From Promethearchaeota archaeon (GTDB lineage Archaea > Asgardarchaeota > Lokiarchaeia > Sigyniarchaeales > SOKP01), in assembly GCA_016840165.1 (NCBI GenBank), contig JAEOSU010000076.1, forward strand, positions 86,719-150,718: a stretch of 64,000 bases of DNA. The letters run 5' to 3'. Every line of letters starts with the position of its first letter. The stretch's first letter is position 1. The position numbers and the translations under genes are program-made. Positions 35,342-44,582 of the stretch are shown here, piece after piece. The notes beneath the pieces are model-generated. The model did no database searches. It was not told the DNA's origin and was given only the letters and a program-made list of their open reading frames with translations.

Positions 35342-36715
35342 CTGTTCTGATTTAATGTATTTTAAGATCTCTTTCCTTTTATTTAAAGCTTGCTTAGCAG
35401 CTTCTTCTATGTCTTTTTTCATTTTTTCGACCATAGTAGGAGTTTCCTCGCCTATTTCTTGTTTAATTTTTGTATAAGCTGATTCACGAAACCGTGGTAA
35501 TAGTTCTTTTTTACGATTACCTTTAAAAATCATTGAAACTTGTTTTGAATAATCTACATATCCAATTTCAGCACAATCAATACTTTTTTTTTTTAAATCG
35601 TGGATAATTTCTTTGGAATATCTTTCAGGGCAATAAATGAGGAGAGCATCCAGAGAAACACCAAGATAATCAACTCCCACTGCATCTAACATCTTTAAAA
35701 CCTTCGAATTGACTAATTTTCTTATACGCTCTTCATAAATTGTCACCCCACAATTCGCTTCAAAATTAATTTCCCAAAGATCCCCTCTCAAACCACCATT
35801 AGTAACATCACACATAGCATGAACTTCATTTATATAGTCTGAGTTCAAAATTATTTCGCATGCTTTCAAGAATTTAATATTCATAGTTTCCTTAACAACA
35901 TCATGATTCCCAGAATAAATAGCGGTTGTTGATATTGTGCCTCCACCTGCTCCTTCTGTAAGAATTATTTTATCTCCAGGTTCGATATTCCTTCGGGCTA
36001 GAAGATGATCAGTGATTCCTACTGCTGAAACTCCACCAACTAGTCTATCTCCTATAACCATATCACCTCCTATTCTTAATGTAGATCCCGCGGTTATAGG
36101 AACCTCTGCTAGCTCTGAAATAGTAGAAATTCCTGCCATAAAATCGAATAGTTTTCCCACATCAGCATCATCTCCTAAATGTACGTCTACCATGAGTGAG
36201 AGAGGTTTTGCTCCTTTTACATAGAGATCGCGCAAACATGCTCTTGCAACATGAAATCCACATATAAATGGGAAATCACTTAGTCGACTATGAATGCCCT
36301 CCATTTTGGATGCAATTATTATTTCTTCTTTATTATTTATTTCTATTTTAACCGCCCCCGCATCATCAAGAGAGCTGGGTGATAAGAAAGCTTTTTTATC
36401 TGTTTCAGAGAGTTCTGCGACTAATTTATGAACAAAAAAATCACCAGCACCTCGACAACCAACGCCTTGATTTCCAACGGAAACGTTAGCATTGTTAATA
36501 GATAATAAATTTTTTATAAAAGAAGCTGAAAGTTTAGAAATATCACTTTTTATACATTCTTCGTATACGGCATTTGCTAATCGATTAGCATTATTTATAT
36601 CTATGTCCTTAAAATCAAGATATTCTTGAACTAATCTTTGTATAATTTCTTGTTTGGTTTTTCCTTTTTCGATTAATTTTCTTGTTAAACCTTCTAAATC
36701 ACTCAATTTATTCAC
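35333..36715 (-). CDS. AIR synthase-related (PurM/ThiL/HypE superfamily) protein with extra N-terminal domain
   Basis: SLDDAGAV N-domain motif and GGDMVIGDR / TNGGL segments. Specific function not assignable. Confidence 0.68.
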   Translation of the reverse strand: MNKLSDLEGLTRKLIEKGKTKQEIIQRLVQEYLDFKDIDINNANRLANAVYEECIKSDISKLSASFIKNLLSINNANVSVGNQGVGCRGAGDFFVHKLVAELSETDKKAFLSPSSLDDAGAVKIEINNKEEIIIASKMEGIHSRLSDFPFICGFHVARACLRDLYVKGAKPLSLMVDVHLGDDADVGKLFDFMAGISTISELAEVPITAGSTLRIGGDMVIGDRLVGGVSAVGITDHLLARRNIEPGDKIILTEGAGGGTISTTAIYSGNHDVVKETMNIKFLKACEIILNSDYINEVHAMCDVTNGGLRGDLWEINFEANCGVTIYEERIRKLVNSKVLKMLDAVGVDYLGVSLDALLIYCPERYSKEIIHDLKKKSIDCAEIGYVDYSKQVSMIFKGNRKKELLPRFRESAYTKIKQEIGEETPTMVEKMKKDIEEAAKQALNKRKEILKYIKSEQLV

Positions 36716-36827
36716 TTTTTGTATTTAATTTCTCTAATAAGAATTTCTCATATCATTTATAGAATTTTCATAAAAAAAAATAGTTTATTAGAAATAAAAA
36801 AAAATTGAAAGTCTAAATTGACTGACT

Positions 36828-37553
36828 TTACATTTTTTCTTTTCTAAGTTTCTGTAGGATAATAATTGATAATGGTATTAACCATAGGAAGGCTGCAAAA
36901 AGCATCATCCATTCAAGAAAAGGTAACGTCGTTGAGGGTGGAGGAAATACAAATAGAATTGCCGCTGTGGGTGGCCCAACTATCATATACGCGCCTAAAA
37001 ATCTTGGATAAATGGACTTCTTAAACAATATCGCAATACCATTAAAGAGTGCACCCGTTGCTAATCCAGCAAATACTATAATGGAGAAAATATAATGGAG
37101 CCCCAATTCGGTGGATCTGTCTTCGCTAAACAATCCAATACCAAATAAGCCGATAGCTGCGATTATAAGACATACTAAGCCCAGAATTATATTAATTAAA
37201 ACAAAAAAATTGAAGATTCTTTTCGAAAATGGATTAGTTGAATCAAATACTACTTCTTTTTTACCAGCTATTAATTTTTTATAAGAATAGAGAAAAATTG
37301 GAACAAGAAAAAAAGCAGTAATCATAGCAATACTATCTAAGATAAATGGAGTTGGAGTATAACGAAAAGACCCTAAATCACTAATATAATTGTCAATTAT
37401 GTTATATCCTTCTGGACCAAAAAATACAGCGATAAGAGCACCAATTAAAAGCCCACCTAAAAAGAGTAAATTACTCACATAGATACAGATCTTAATAACT
37501 CTTGGCTGGACAATTTTGTTAAAGATAACATATTTTGAATTACCATCATTCAT
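36828..37553 (-). CDS. polytopic membrane protein (DUF998-like)
   Basis: Six or more hydrophobic helices and an ISDLGS motif after TM1. Confidence 0.5.
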   Translation of the reverse strand: MNDGNSKYVIFNKIVQPRVIKICIYVSNLLFLGGLLIGALIAVFFGPEGYNIIDNYISDLGSFRYTPTPFILDSIAMITAFFLVPIFLYSYKKLIAGKKEVVFDSTNPFSKRIFNFFVLINIILGLVCLIIAAIGLFGIGLFSEDRSTELGLHYIFSIIVFAGLATGALFNGIAILFKKSIYPRFLGAYMIVGPPTAAILFVFPPPSTTLPFLEWMMLFAAFLWLIPLSIIILQKLRKEKM

Positions 37554-37610
37554 GTTATTCTTTAATATAACAATTACTTAAAAGTTAAGGAAAAAAAAGG
37601 TAAAAAAAAG

Positions 37611-38831
37611 TTAATATTCTTTCTTTATTTTGGACAATTTATAGACTTTATAGTAATTCCCAATCATTCCTCCAATGGTTCCTATGATGATTAGAATTAT
37701 TACCCAGAAGTAGATAATAAACTTTATATCTGTTATGTCATTAGGAATTGAGGCAATAATGCCACCAGAGAACACATCAATCGGGAAGATTTCAGGGTGT
37801 TGTAAAAGGAATAGTAACAATGGTATATAGGTAATATCATAGAGCGTAGTGATTACAATGAGAACTTGTTGACCAGTATGATTTGAAACACCCACAGCTA
37901 AACGGATAAGACATAAGAGTCCATTAACAAAAACTAATAATCCAAAAATCGTTAACCATTCCAGGAATTCTGTATTGAAAAGACCAAGTATGGAAAATGG
38001 TTGTAAAATTAAGATTAATCCAAAAATGATTCCCCCAACCGCTCCAAAGATCAATTCTCCTAAATTAACTGGTTCCTTTTTTTTGAGAGCGCGTTTTGCT
38101 TTTGCTTGAGCTAATTTCTCTTTCCTTAAGAGCTTGGCTTCAGCCATTTTTTGCTTGCGAACATATTTTGCTTCTTCTAATCTTTCTGCTCGTATTTCAC
38201 GTTTAGCTTTTACTTCGGCTAATTTCTCATCACGTAGAATTTTAGCCTCTTCTAATGTTTGTTTTGTATATTCTTTAGCTTCTTCCATTTCTTCTTCTGT
38301 AAGGTGAAATGGAAAAATTAGTTCTAACCTTTTGGGTATAATACCAAAATCTTCCGGCAAAAAACCTTCATGAGAAAAGTATACAAAAGCAATGGTGATC
38401 ACTACAGCAGATATCAAACAACCAATCCAAATCCCAGAAAATGCACTTCCTAAAATTTCCCACCAAGGAGTTATAAAAACTTGAAAAACCGCGACAACGA
38501 TATTAATCAGCACAATTATCCCCCAAAAGAAAAATAACGAACGGAGATAAAATTCAAACAACTCTTCAGTTATAAAATATTTAGGTGTTCCCCTTCGTTT
38601 GTAGAGTTTTGCAATACTTTCTGGAGTACCCATTCGATCAATGGCCTCTTGGAAGTCTTTATTAGTTGGCTCACTTCCTGAAGCTATAAGTTTTGCTTCA
38701 TTGATGACTTGAGACGCTAAATCATCTAAAATATGTTGTAATTGTTCCTCCTTCCATTTAAGCCATTCGGGCATTTTTTTCTTTACTCGATCTATATAGT
38801 CCTTTAAAATTTCATTATTTGGAACACTCAT
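37611..38831 (-). CDS. membrane protein, paralog of 32800-33840, with inserted A/K/E-rich helical repeat
   Basis: N-terminus ILKDYIDRVKKKMPEWL...RMGTPESIAKLYKRRGTP is collinear with the PadR-partner protein. The central insert is AKILRDEKLAEVKAKREIRAERLEEAKYVRKQKMAEAKLLRKEKLAQAKAKR. Confidence 0.6.
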   Translation of the reverse strand: MSVPNNEILKDYIDRVKKKMPEWLKWKEEQLQHILDDLASQVINEAKLIASGSEPTNKDFQEAIDRMGTPESIAKLYKRRGTPKYFITEELFEFYLRSLFFFWGIIVLINIVVAVFQVFITPWWEILGSAFSGIWIGCLISAVVITIAFVYFSHEGFLPEDFGIIPKRLELIFPFHLTEEEMEEAKEYTKQTLEEAKILRDEKLAEVKAKREIRAERLEEAKYVRKQKMAEAKLLRKEKLAQAKAKRALKKKEPVNLGELIFGAVGGIIFGLILILQPFSILGLFNTEFLEWLTIFGLLVFVNGLLCLIRLAVGVSNHTGQQVLIVITTLYDITYIPLLLFLLQHPEIFPIDVFSGGIIASIPNDITDIKFIIYFWVIILIIIGTIGGMIGNYYKVYKLSKIKKEY

Positions 38832-38934
38832 TTTTATTCACATATTTGATTTAATTTATCTAAAATATTTATTTTAATAAAAGCTAATCATTATCAGTTA
38901 TTAAAAAAAATGGAGACCAATTTTCATTATCAAT

Positions 38935-40413
38935 TTGAATAAAAAAATAAGAAGTTTATTTTTATCTAATAAAGGAAAGGATATGAAAGAAAAAAGTAGC
39001 TTCCGTGCAAAAGAAAGAGGTAAACGGAGAGCATTTGGGACACATATGACATCTATTGAGATTTTCCTTGAATTCATCTTTCCTGAAATTGAAAATGAAC
39101 TAGAAGGCTACATTTGGGTTGATCTTTATGCTGGGGAGGGAAATTTAATATTACCTATATTAAATCATATAAATATTGAAAAGAGAGAGGGTTTTTTTCG
39201 AAAAAACATCTTTTTATTTGATATTCAAAAGAAAATGGTACAAAAATGCATTCACAACGCAATATCATATGGTATTTCTGAATCTGTGGCAAAAAATAAT
39301 ATTAAAGTGCGTGATAATCTTGAAAGTTTCCCTGAATTTCTAAAATCATTAAAGAAGCCAATCTATCATATTACGAATCCACCGTATCTTTATTTAGGAT
39401 ATATTAGTAAACATAAATCAACAAAACCTTTTTTGAGATATTTCAAAGATGAGAATACTGGATACCAAGACTTATACCAAATAGCCATGATTAACGATCT
39501 AAGGAACAATATTAAAGATCTTATTTATATTATTCCCACTAACTTCTTATATGGTGCTTCTGTCTCCAATAAATTCCGTATAGATTTTTTAAAGTACTAC
39601 AATATTCGTCAAATGATAATCTTTGAGACGAAAATGTTTAAGTTTACAGGTACAAATATTTGTTTTGGTTTTTTTGAAAGGAAAAAGAATCCTAAACATG
39701 AGGTCAATAGATTTGTTGGAACAAAAATTTATCCAAATAATCACATTTTAGAGAAAAAGTATAATTTATACCCCGATTATAAATACCGTGCTGGTTCTGA
39801 ATTCGAAGCTTTCCTTAAAAAATTCAAATTAAGGCATCCTTTAAAAGTAAGATATTATTTATTAGCTGTTGATGTCCATCAGAATTTGGGTAAAAATGAA
39901 ATTAACCTATTGAATGCAAATAAATACAAAAATGGTAAGTATGAAAGAGTAGCTTTTAGTGTTAATCCTGACTTGTATCATAAAATTAAATCGAATATAC
40001 TATATGTAAGAACAGTAGATACTGGTTCGAATAATGGAAGGGTTGGATTGAATATTATAAAGGAAGATTTTAAAGTTGATGGTATTTATGTCTCTGGTAA
40101 TACATATCGTACCCATCCCATTCAAATCTTTTTAACACCGGAGCAATCTATCAAAGACCAAATGCTATTAAGAAAATATTTCAATTTTGTATTAGAAGCA
40201 TTTAGACATAAATTAGATAGTGAATTTTTGACCACCTATAAATATTCTAATGCTTCCTATACTAGAAAATATTTAGGATTAAGTCAGGTTAGAAAGCTAA
40301 TTGAAACGTTTCCATTCAATATAAGAGAATCTGAGAAGATAAGTCTGAATAAAATTATTAATGAGAAAAAATTCACGGAGCTAATGCATTTTTTAAATAG
40401 TATAAACTCTTGA
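38935..40413 (+). CDS. gamma-class N6-adenine DNA methyltransferase-like protein
   Basis: FGTHMTSIEI (motif X-like), VDLYAGEGN (motif I), HITNPPY (motif IV). The C-terminal half is unassigned. Alternative ATG start at 38983. Confidence 0.6.
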   Translation: MNKKIRSLFLSNKGKDMKEKSSFRAKERGKRRAFGTHMTSIEIFLEFIFPEIENELEGYIWVDLYAGEGNLILPILNHINIEKREGFFRKNIFLFDIQKKMVQKCIHNAISYGISESVAKNNIKVRDNLESFPEFLKSLKKPIYHITNPPYLYLGYISKHKSTKPFLRYFKDENTGYQDLYQIAMINDLRNNIKDLIYIIPTNFLYGASVSNKFRIDFLKYYNIRQMIIFETKMFKFTGTNICFGFFERKKNPKHEVNRFVGTKIYPNNHILEKKYNLYPDYKYRAGSEFEAFLKKFKLRHPLKVRYYLLAVDVHQNLGKNEINLLNANKYKNGKYERVAFSVNPDLYHKIKSNILYVRTVDTGSNNGRVGLNIIKEDFKVDGIYVSGNTYRTHPIQIFLTPEQSIKDQMLLRKYFNFVLEAFRHKLDSEFLTTYKYSNASYTRKYLGLSQVRKLIETFPFNIRESEKISLNKIINEKKFTELMHFLNSINS

Positions 40414-40416
40414 ATT

Positions 40417-41289
40417 TTAAATACTAGCAAATAGAAATGCTACTAAGCCCAAAAAAGCTCCAATTTTTAGGAAAAGGCTGATTCGCTTAAAATCTCTCTT
40501 AGTTTGTTCCTTTTTAAACATGAGTATTATAACATATCCAACATCAATTAATCCAAAAGTCATAGGGAAAAAAAAATAGGCAGGACTAATAATGGGGGTA
40601 TAAAAAGTTAAAATAAAAAATATTATGGCAAATATAGCAAAGAGCATTGAAATGTACTTTGACTTTTTTATACCGATCTTAATAGCTAAGGTTTTTACTC
40701 CCAACTGTTTGTCTCCTTCAAGATCCTCACATCCCTTTATAACCTCACGAGATAATAGGAGAAAAAATGAAGTGAAGAAAAAATAGTATATATATATCGG
40801 GATAATTGAACTATTAAGAATCGCTCCATATATCAAACCAATCGAAAAGGATATACTAACAATAATATTTCCGAGAAAACCACTTTTTTTGCCCCATTTA
40901 GCATATACCCATCCAATTAACCCAAAAAAAGCTGCGATAATTATATTTGATAAACCTAGTATATTTAATGTACTATTAAACACACTAGCTGTGAGCCCTA
41001 ATATTAAATAAATAACGAATAGGATCTGTGCTTGAGTTATAGTTATTGAACCTCGTGGGATTGGTCTTTGAGGCCTATTAATTAAATCAATTTCAATATC
41101 ATAGATATCATTGATAACCATTCCCGAACCTGCGATAAAAACATAAGCTAAGATTCCTAAAATAATATTTACAAGGAACTTTTCGGGTAAAATACCAGTA
41201 CGTGTATTTAATAATCCAATAATTACAGTAAGAGAGCCCATTAAACAATTTACAGGTCGTAAAATTTCAATAGCATCCTTAATTTTCAT
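40417..41289 (-). CDS. UbiA-family prenyltransferase, digeranylgeranylglyceryl phosphate synthase-like
   Basis: NDIYDIEIDLINRPQRPIP Asp-rich motif, about 8 TM helices, adjacent to GGGPS. Confidence 0.78.
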   Translation of the reverse strand: MKIKDAIEILRPVNCLMGSLTVIIGLLNTRTGILPEKFLVNIILGILAYVFIAGSGMVINDIYDIEIDLINRPQRPIPRGSITITQAQILFVIYLILGLTASVFNSTLNILGLSNIIIAAFFGLIGWVYAKWGKKSGFLGNIIVSISFSIGLIYGAILNSSIIPIYIYYFFFTSFFLLLSREVIKGCEDLEGDKQLGVKTLAIKIGIKKSKYISMLFAIFAIIFFILTFYTPIISPAYFFFPMTFGLIDVGYVIILMFKKEQTKRDFKRISLFLKIGAFLGLVAFLFASI

Positions 41290-41309
41290 AAAAACTTCTC
41301 TGAATTGGA

Positions 41310-42119
41310 TTATTTCATATTATAATTTTTTTTAAAATCTTTAGCAGTATCTTTAATTTCGTCAATAATTGCTTTTAAAGAATTTCCTTTATGTTTTAAT
41401 ATGTTTTTTTCTAAGAAACTCCCCATTACGATTATATCTGCTCCTGCTTCTACGAAACATCTTACATCTTCTTTACAGCTTACTCCTCCACCAGTTATTA
41501 TGGGAATATTAAGGATCTTTGAACACATTTTAATAATCTCCGGAGGGATACAGTTACCACCTGAGCCTGCTTCAAGATATACCATTTTATACCCAATCAT
41601 TTCTGCCGCTAAACCATATGCAGCAGTTAATTTTGGTTTATCTCGAGGAAGTAACTTTGCTTTTCCAATCCAACCTGCAGTAGCTCCAGGCTCAATTATT
41701 AAGTAGGCAGTGGAGATATACTCAAGGTTGGTAATCTTAACAGTATAACTTGCTAATGCTTGTTGAGTTATAATAAAATATGGATCTTCAGAATTAAGTA
41801 ACGACATGAATAATATCGCATCTGCATATTTGGAGATATTAGTAATACCTCCGGGAAAAATAATTACTGGTATATTGACTTCTTCTTTAATTGCTGTGAT
41901 TGTGTTATCTACAAATGTTTGATCAAAAACAGTGCTCCCTCCAATAAGGATACCGTTTGTCCCTGCCTCCTCAGCATATAAAGCCATTTTAGCGGCTTTT
42001 TTAGGCGTCTGGCGTATTGGATCAGGATCAATTAATGAGAAATGAAGAGTACCCTGTTCGTTTATTTTTTTGATAATATATTCGTAGGTAGTCTTCTTCT
42101 CTGGTCCAAAACTATCCAT
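41310..42119 (-). CDS. geranylgeranylglyceryl phosphate synthase (PcrB/GGGPS family)
   Basis: LIDPD, ILIGGS, YLEAGSGG, GGGV TIM-barrel phosphate-binding motifs. Confidence 0.85.
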   Translation of the reverse strand: MDSFGPEKKTTYEYIIKKINEQGTLHFSLIDPDPIRQTPKKAAKMALYAEEAGTNGILIGGSTVFDQTFVDNTITAIKEEVNIPVIIFPGGITNISKYADAILFMSLLNSEDPYFIITQQALASYTVKITNLEYISTAYLIIEPGATAGWIGKAKLLPRDKPKLTAAYGLAAEMIGYKMVYLEAGSGGNCIPPEIIKMCSKILNIPIITGGGVSCKEDVRCFVEAGADIIVMGSFLEKNILKHKGNSLKAIIDEIKDTAKDFKKNYNMK

Positions 42120-42146
42120 ATGTATTGATTACCTCTCGTAATATAA

Positions 42147-43541
42147 TTATTTTACTTTTTTTGGATTTATTAACATTTTTCGAACTTTATCATAAACTTG
42201 AAGAACCGATGATTTCCACGACTCGAACATAGAAATATCATTTGGAAATTTCTTATAAAGTTTAGAAACTTCCTTCATTCTTATTCTAAGATAATTTAAG
42301 TCTAATAAAAGATTAGGTTTTGAAATGCCTTTAAAGCCTTTTACTGCCATGTCTAATAGGGATAAATTTAAATCTCCGGAGGAAGAAATTTCCAATATTT
42401 CCTCTCCCGTCAAGAGATCTTGCTCTAAACCAAAGTTCAATTCCTCATTATTTAAAACCTGAAGCACCATCCTTAACAGATCTAACGAGGCAAATTCCGC
42501 TCCAAAGCTCGTCATTATATTATAATTATACATCCATAAATTTTCAATAGACGCTTCACCTGCATCTATTGCAGATTTAGCACAATTAGCTGCTAAATAT
42601 CCTGCTCTCATTGAAGGATCAATCCCTCCCCCATGCAAAGGGTTTACTTGACAGGCAGCATCTCCTATTAACATTATTCCATTGTCCGCACAAGACCAAA
42701 GTGGTCTTCGAATAGGCACGACACCACCACCCGAGGATAAGATCTCTACTTTAGATGTTTTGATGAATTGATTAAAAACATTTTTTTTATAGAACTCTTT
42801 TACTTGGCCTTTATAATCCATAAAAGCTCCTAATCCAACATTTACAGAACTTGAATTTTTAGGAAAGTACCAAATATATCCACCAGGTGCTTTATCTTGA
42901 TCTAGAATAATTGAGATATATTCAGGATCATTTACCTGCATATCTTCAAGTGAAAACTTTACAATTTCTCGAAAACATAGAATTGAATCTTCTTTTGATA
43001 TTTCTTTTTCAATTAAGGAGCTTTTAACTTTCTTTCTTAATGGAGAGTAAAACCCAGAAGCATCAATGACGACTTTTGATTTGAGCATGATTTTAGAACC
43101 ATCAGATAATTTAACACGCACTCCAGAGACCTGATTATTTTCATAAATAAGATCCAAAGCCATAGTATTTTCTAAAAATTGTGATATCCCGTTATCTAAA
43201 GCTTCGTTTAAAAGGCGTTGGCCAAATTCTAATCGATTAACAATATACCCCGCTTGTCTTGGATCCATTAAAGTAATACATTTTTTTAAGTTGGGGGTAT
43301 AAAGCTTCGCACCTTTAATATTACAAGACAATTCTTCGCCTTTAGGATGATTTATTTGAAGATAATCGAATATATCGGTTCCAACAGCGTCACCACATAT
43401 TTTATCCCCAATAGAATTCTTATCTTTTCGATCAATCAGGCATACATCTAAGCCTTGTTTGGCAGCAAAACGGGCAGCAGTACTACCTCCCGTTCCAGCA
43501 CCTACAACGATTACATCAAAAGATTTCTTTACCGATTCCAT
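42147..43541 (-). CDS. FAD-dependent geranylgeranyl reductase family protein
   Basis: DVIVVGAGTGGSTAA dinucleotide fold, GDAACQVNPLHGGGI. Confidence 0.85.
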   Translation of the reverse strand: MESVKKSFDVIVVGAGTGGSTAARFAAKQGLDVCLIDRKDKNSIGDKICGDAVGTDIFDYLQINHPKGEELSCNIKGAKLYTPNLKKCITLMDPRQAGYIVNRLEFGQRLLNEALDNGISQFLENTMALDLIYENNQVSGVRVKLSDGSKIMLKSKVVIDASGFYSPLRKKVKSSLIEKEISKEDSILCFREIVKFSLEDMQVNDPEYISIILDQDKAPGGYIWYFPKNSSSVNVGLGAFMDYKGQVKEFYKKNVFNQFIKTSKVEILSSGGGVVPIRRPLWSCADNGIMLIGDAACQVNPLHGGGIDPSMRAGYLAANCAKSAIDAGEASIENLWMYNYNIMTSFGAEFASLDLLRMVLQVLNNEELNFGLEQDLLTGEEILEISSSGDLNLSLLDMAVKGFKGISKPNLLLDLNYLRIRMKEVSKLYKKFPNDISMFESWKSSVLQVYDKVRKMLINPKKVK

Positions 43542-43585
43542 GGTCTCTTTATTTCTTAGATGATTAGAAAATTAAATTTAGAAGC

Positions 43586-44329
43586 TTAAAATAATAGCGC
43601 AAGCAGATAAATTATTAACGTAGTAAGAATTGGCACTGTTAAATCATCCCAGGTACTTGGAGATACTAACTCTACTAATGTTGCCAATACTGAAGTAATT
43701 AACGATAAAATTAAAGCCGATTCTAAGGAAATATGTTCTTGGGTGATTGGATTTGCAACCCCTAATAATGTAAATGCAATAAAACAGAGAATAAATCCAC
43801 TTATTAAAAATGTTAAGGAGCCCTCCAATGTTCGTTTTGAATTGGTCCATGGTAATTTAATAGAGATTTTACCATATCGTTTTCCAATTACAGAAGCTAA
43901 AGTGTCTGAAATTATCATTAATAGTATACCAGCTACTGGAAAATACATCTGAGATGGAGCAAAAATGACAAATACTAAAACTAATAATGTAATTGATAGG
44001 CAATAGTGAAATGGCCCTTGTAAATAACCCACTTTTTCTTCAGCTTCCTCCCCGATTGATTCGTATAGTTCTTTTAACTGTTTAACTTTAGATTTTTTAG
44101 AGCTTAATAAAACAAGAAAAGTAAGCGAACCGGCAATGATAACTGCCCACCATTTCCACTCGTAATAGGAGACAGTTAATACTGATAATCCGGCTAGTAG
44201 ATGGACAGCTTTTCGAGCTTGGAATTTAGTGATTTTCCCGCGCTTTTTTAATTGAACGGGAATTAAGATGGTTATGAACACATAAATATAAGTAATTAAT
44301 ACAATTAATAAATCTAATAAGATACTCAT
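43586..44329 (-). CDS. CTP-dependent polyprenol/dolichol/phytol kinase family membrane protein
   Basis: RKAVHLLAG and SDTLASVIGKRYG motifs, typical of the CTP_transf_1 kinase branch; multi-TM. Confidence 0.55.
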   Translation of the reverse strand: MSILLDLLIVLITYIYVFITILIPVQLKKRGKITKFQARKAVHLLAGLSVLTVSYYEWKWWAVIIAGSLTFLVLLSSKKSKVKQLKELYESIGEEAEEKVGYLQGPFHYCLSITLLVLVFVIFAPSQMYFPVAGILLMIISDTLASVIGKRYGKISIKLPWTNSKRTLEGSLTFLISGFILCFIAFTLLGVANPITQEHISLESALILSLITSVLATLVELVSPSTWDDLTVPILTTLIIYLLALLF

Positions 44330-44582
44330 CGATATTCAACGAATTTATTTATAATTATTAATTAGTCTTCAATCTATTTTTAATGAAATCAAACTAATTA
44401 TAGTATTAAGTGTAATATTATAAAATTATGAGAATGTTAAAAAGCTACCTATAGAGAAGCAATCTCCATTTTTTTCGCTTAAAAACCTTTCTCTTTCTCT
44501 TAAGAAATTCTGCAAAATTATATGATTAAAAAAGAGGGTTTTAATTTTTAAAAATTTTTTTTAATGTGTTTCATTTCAAGAA

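Noticed and set aside
38935-40413. The methyltransferase genes could mark a defence island or restriction-modification system.
   Set aside because: There is no adjacent nuclease, specificity, helicase or toxin gene, and the flanks are housekeeping genes with very short intergenic spacers. They are reported only as orphan methylases.
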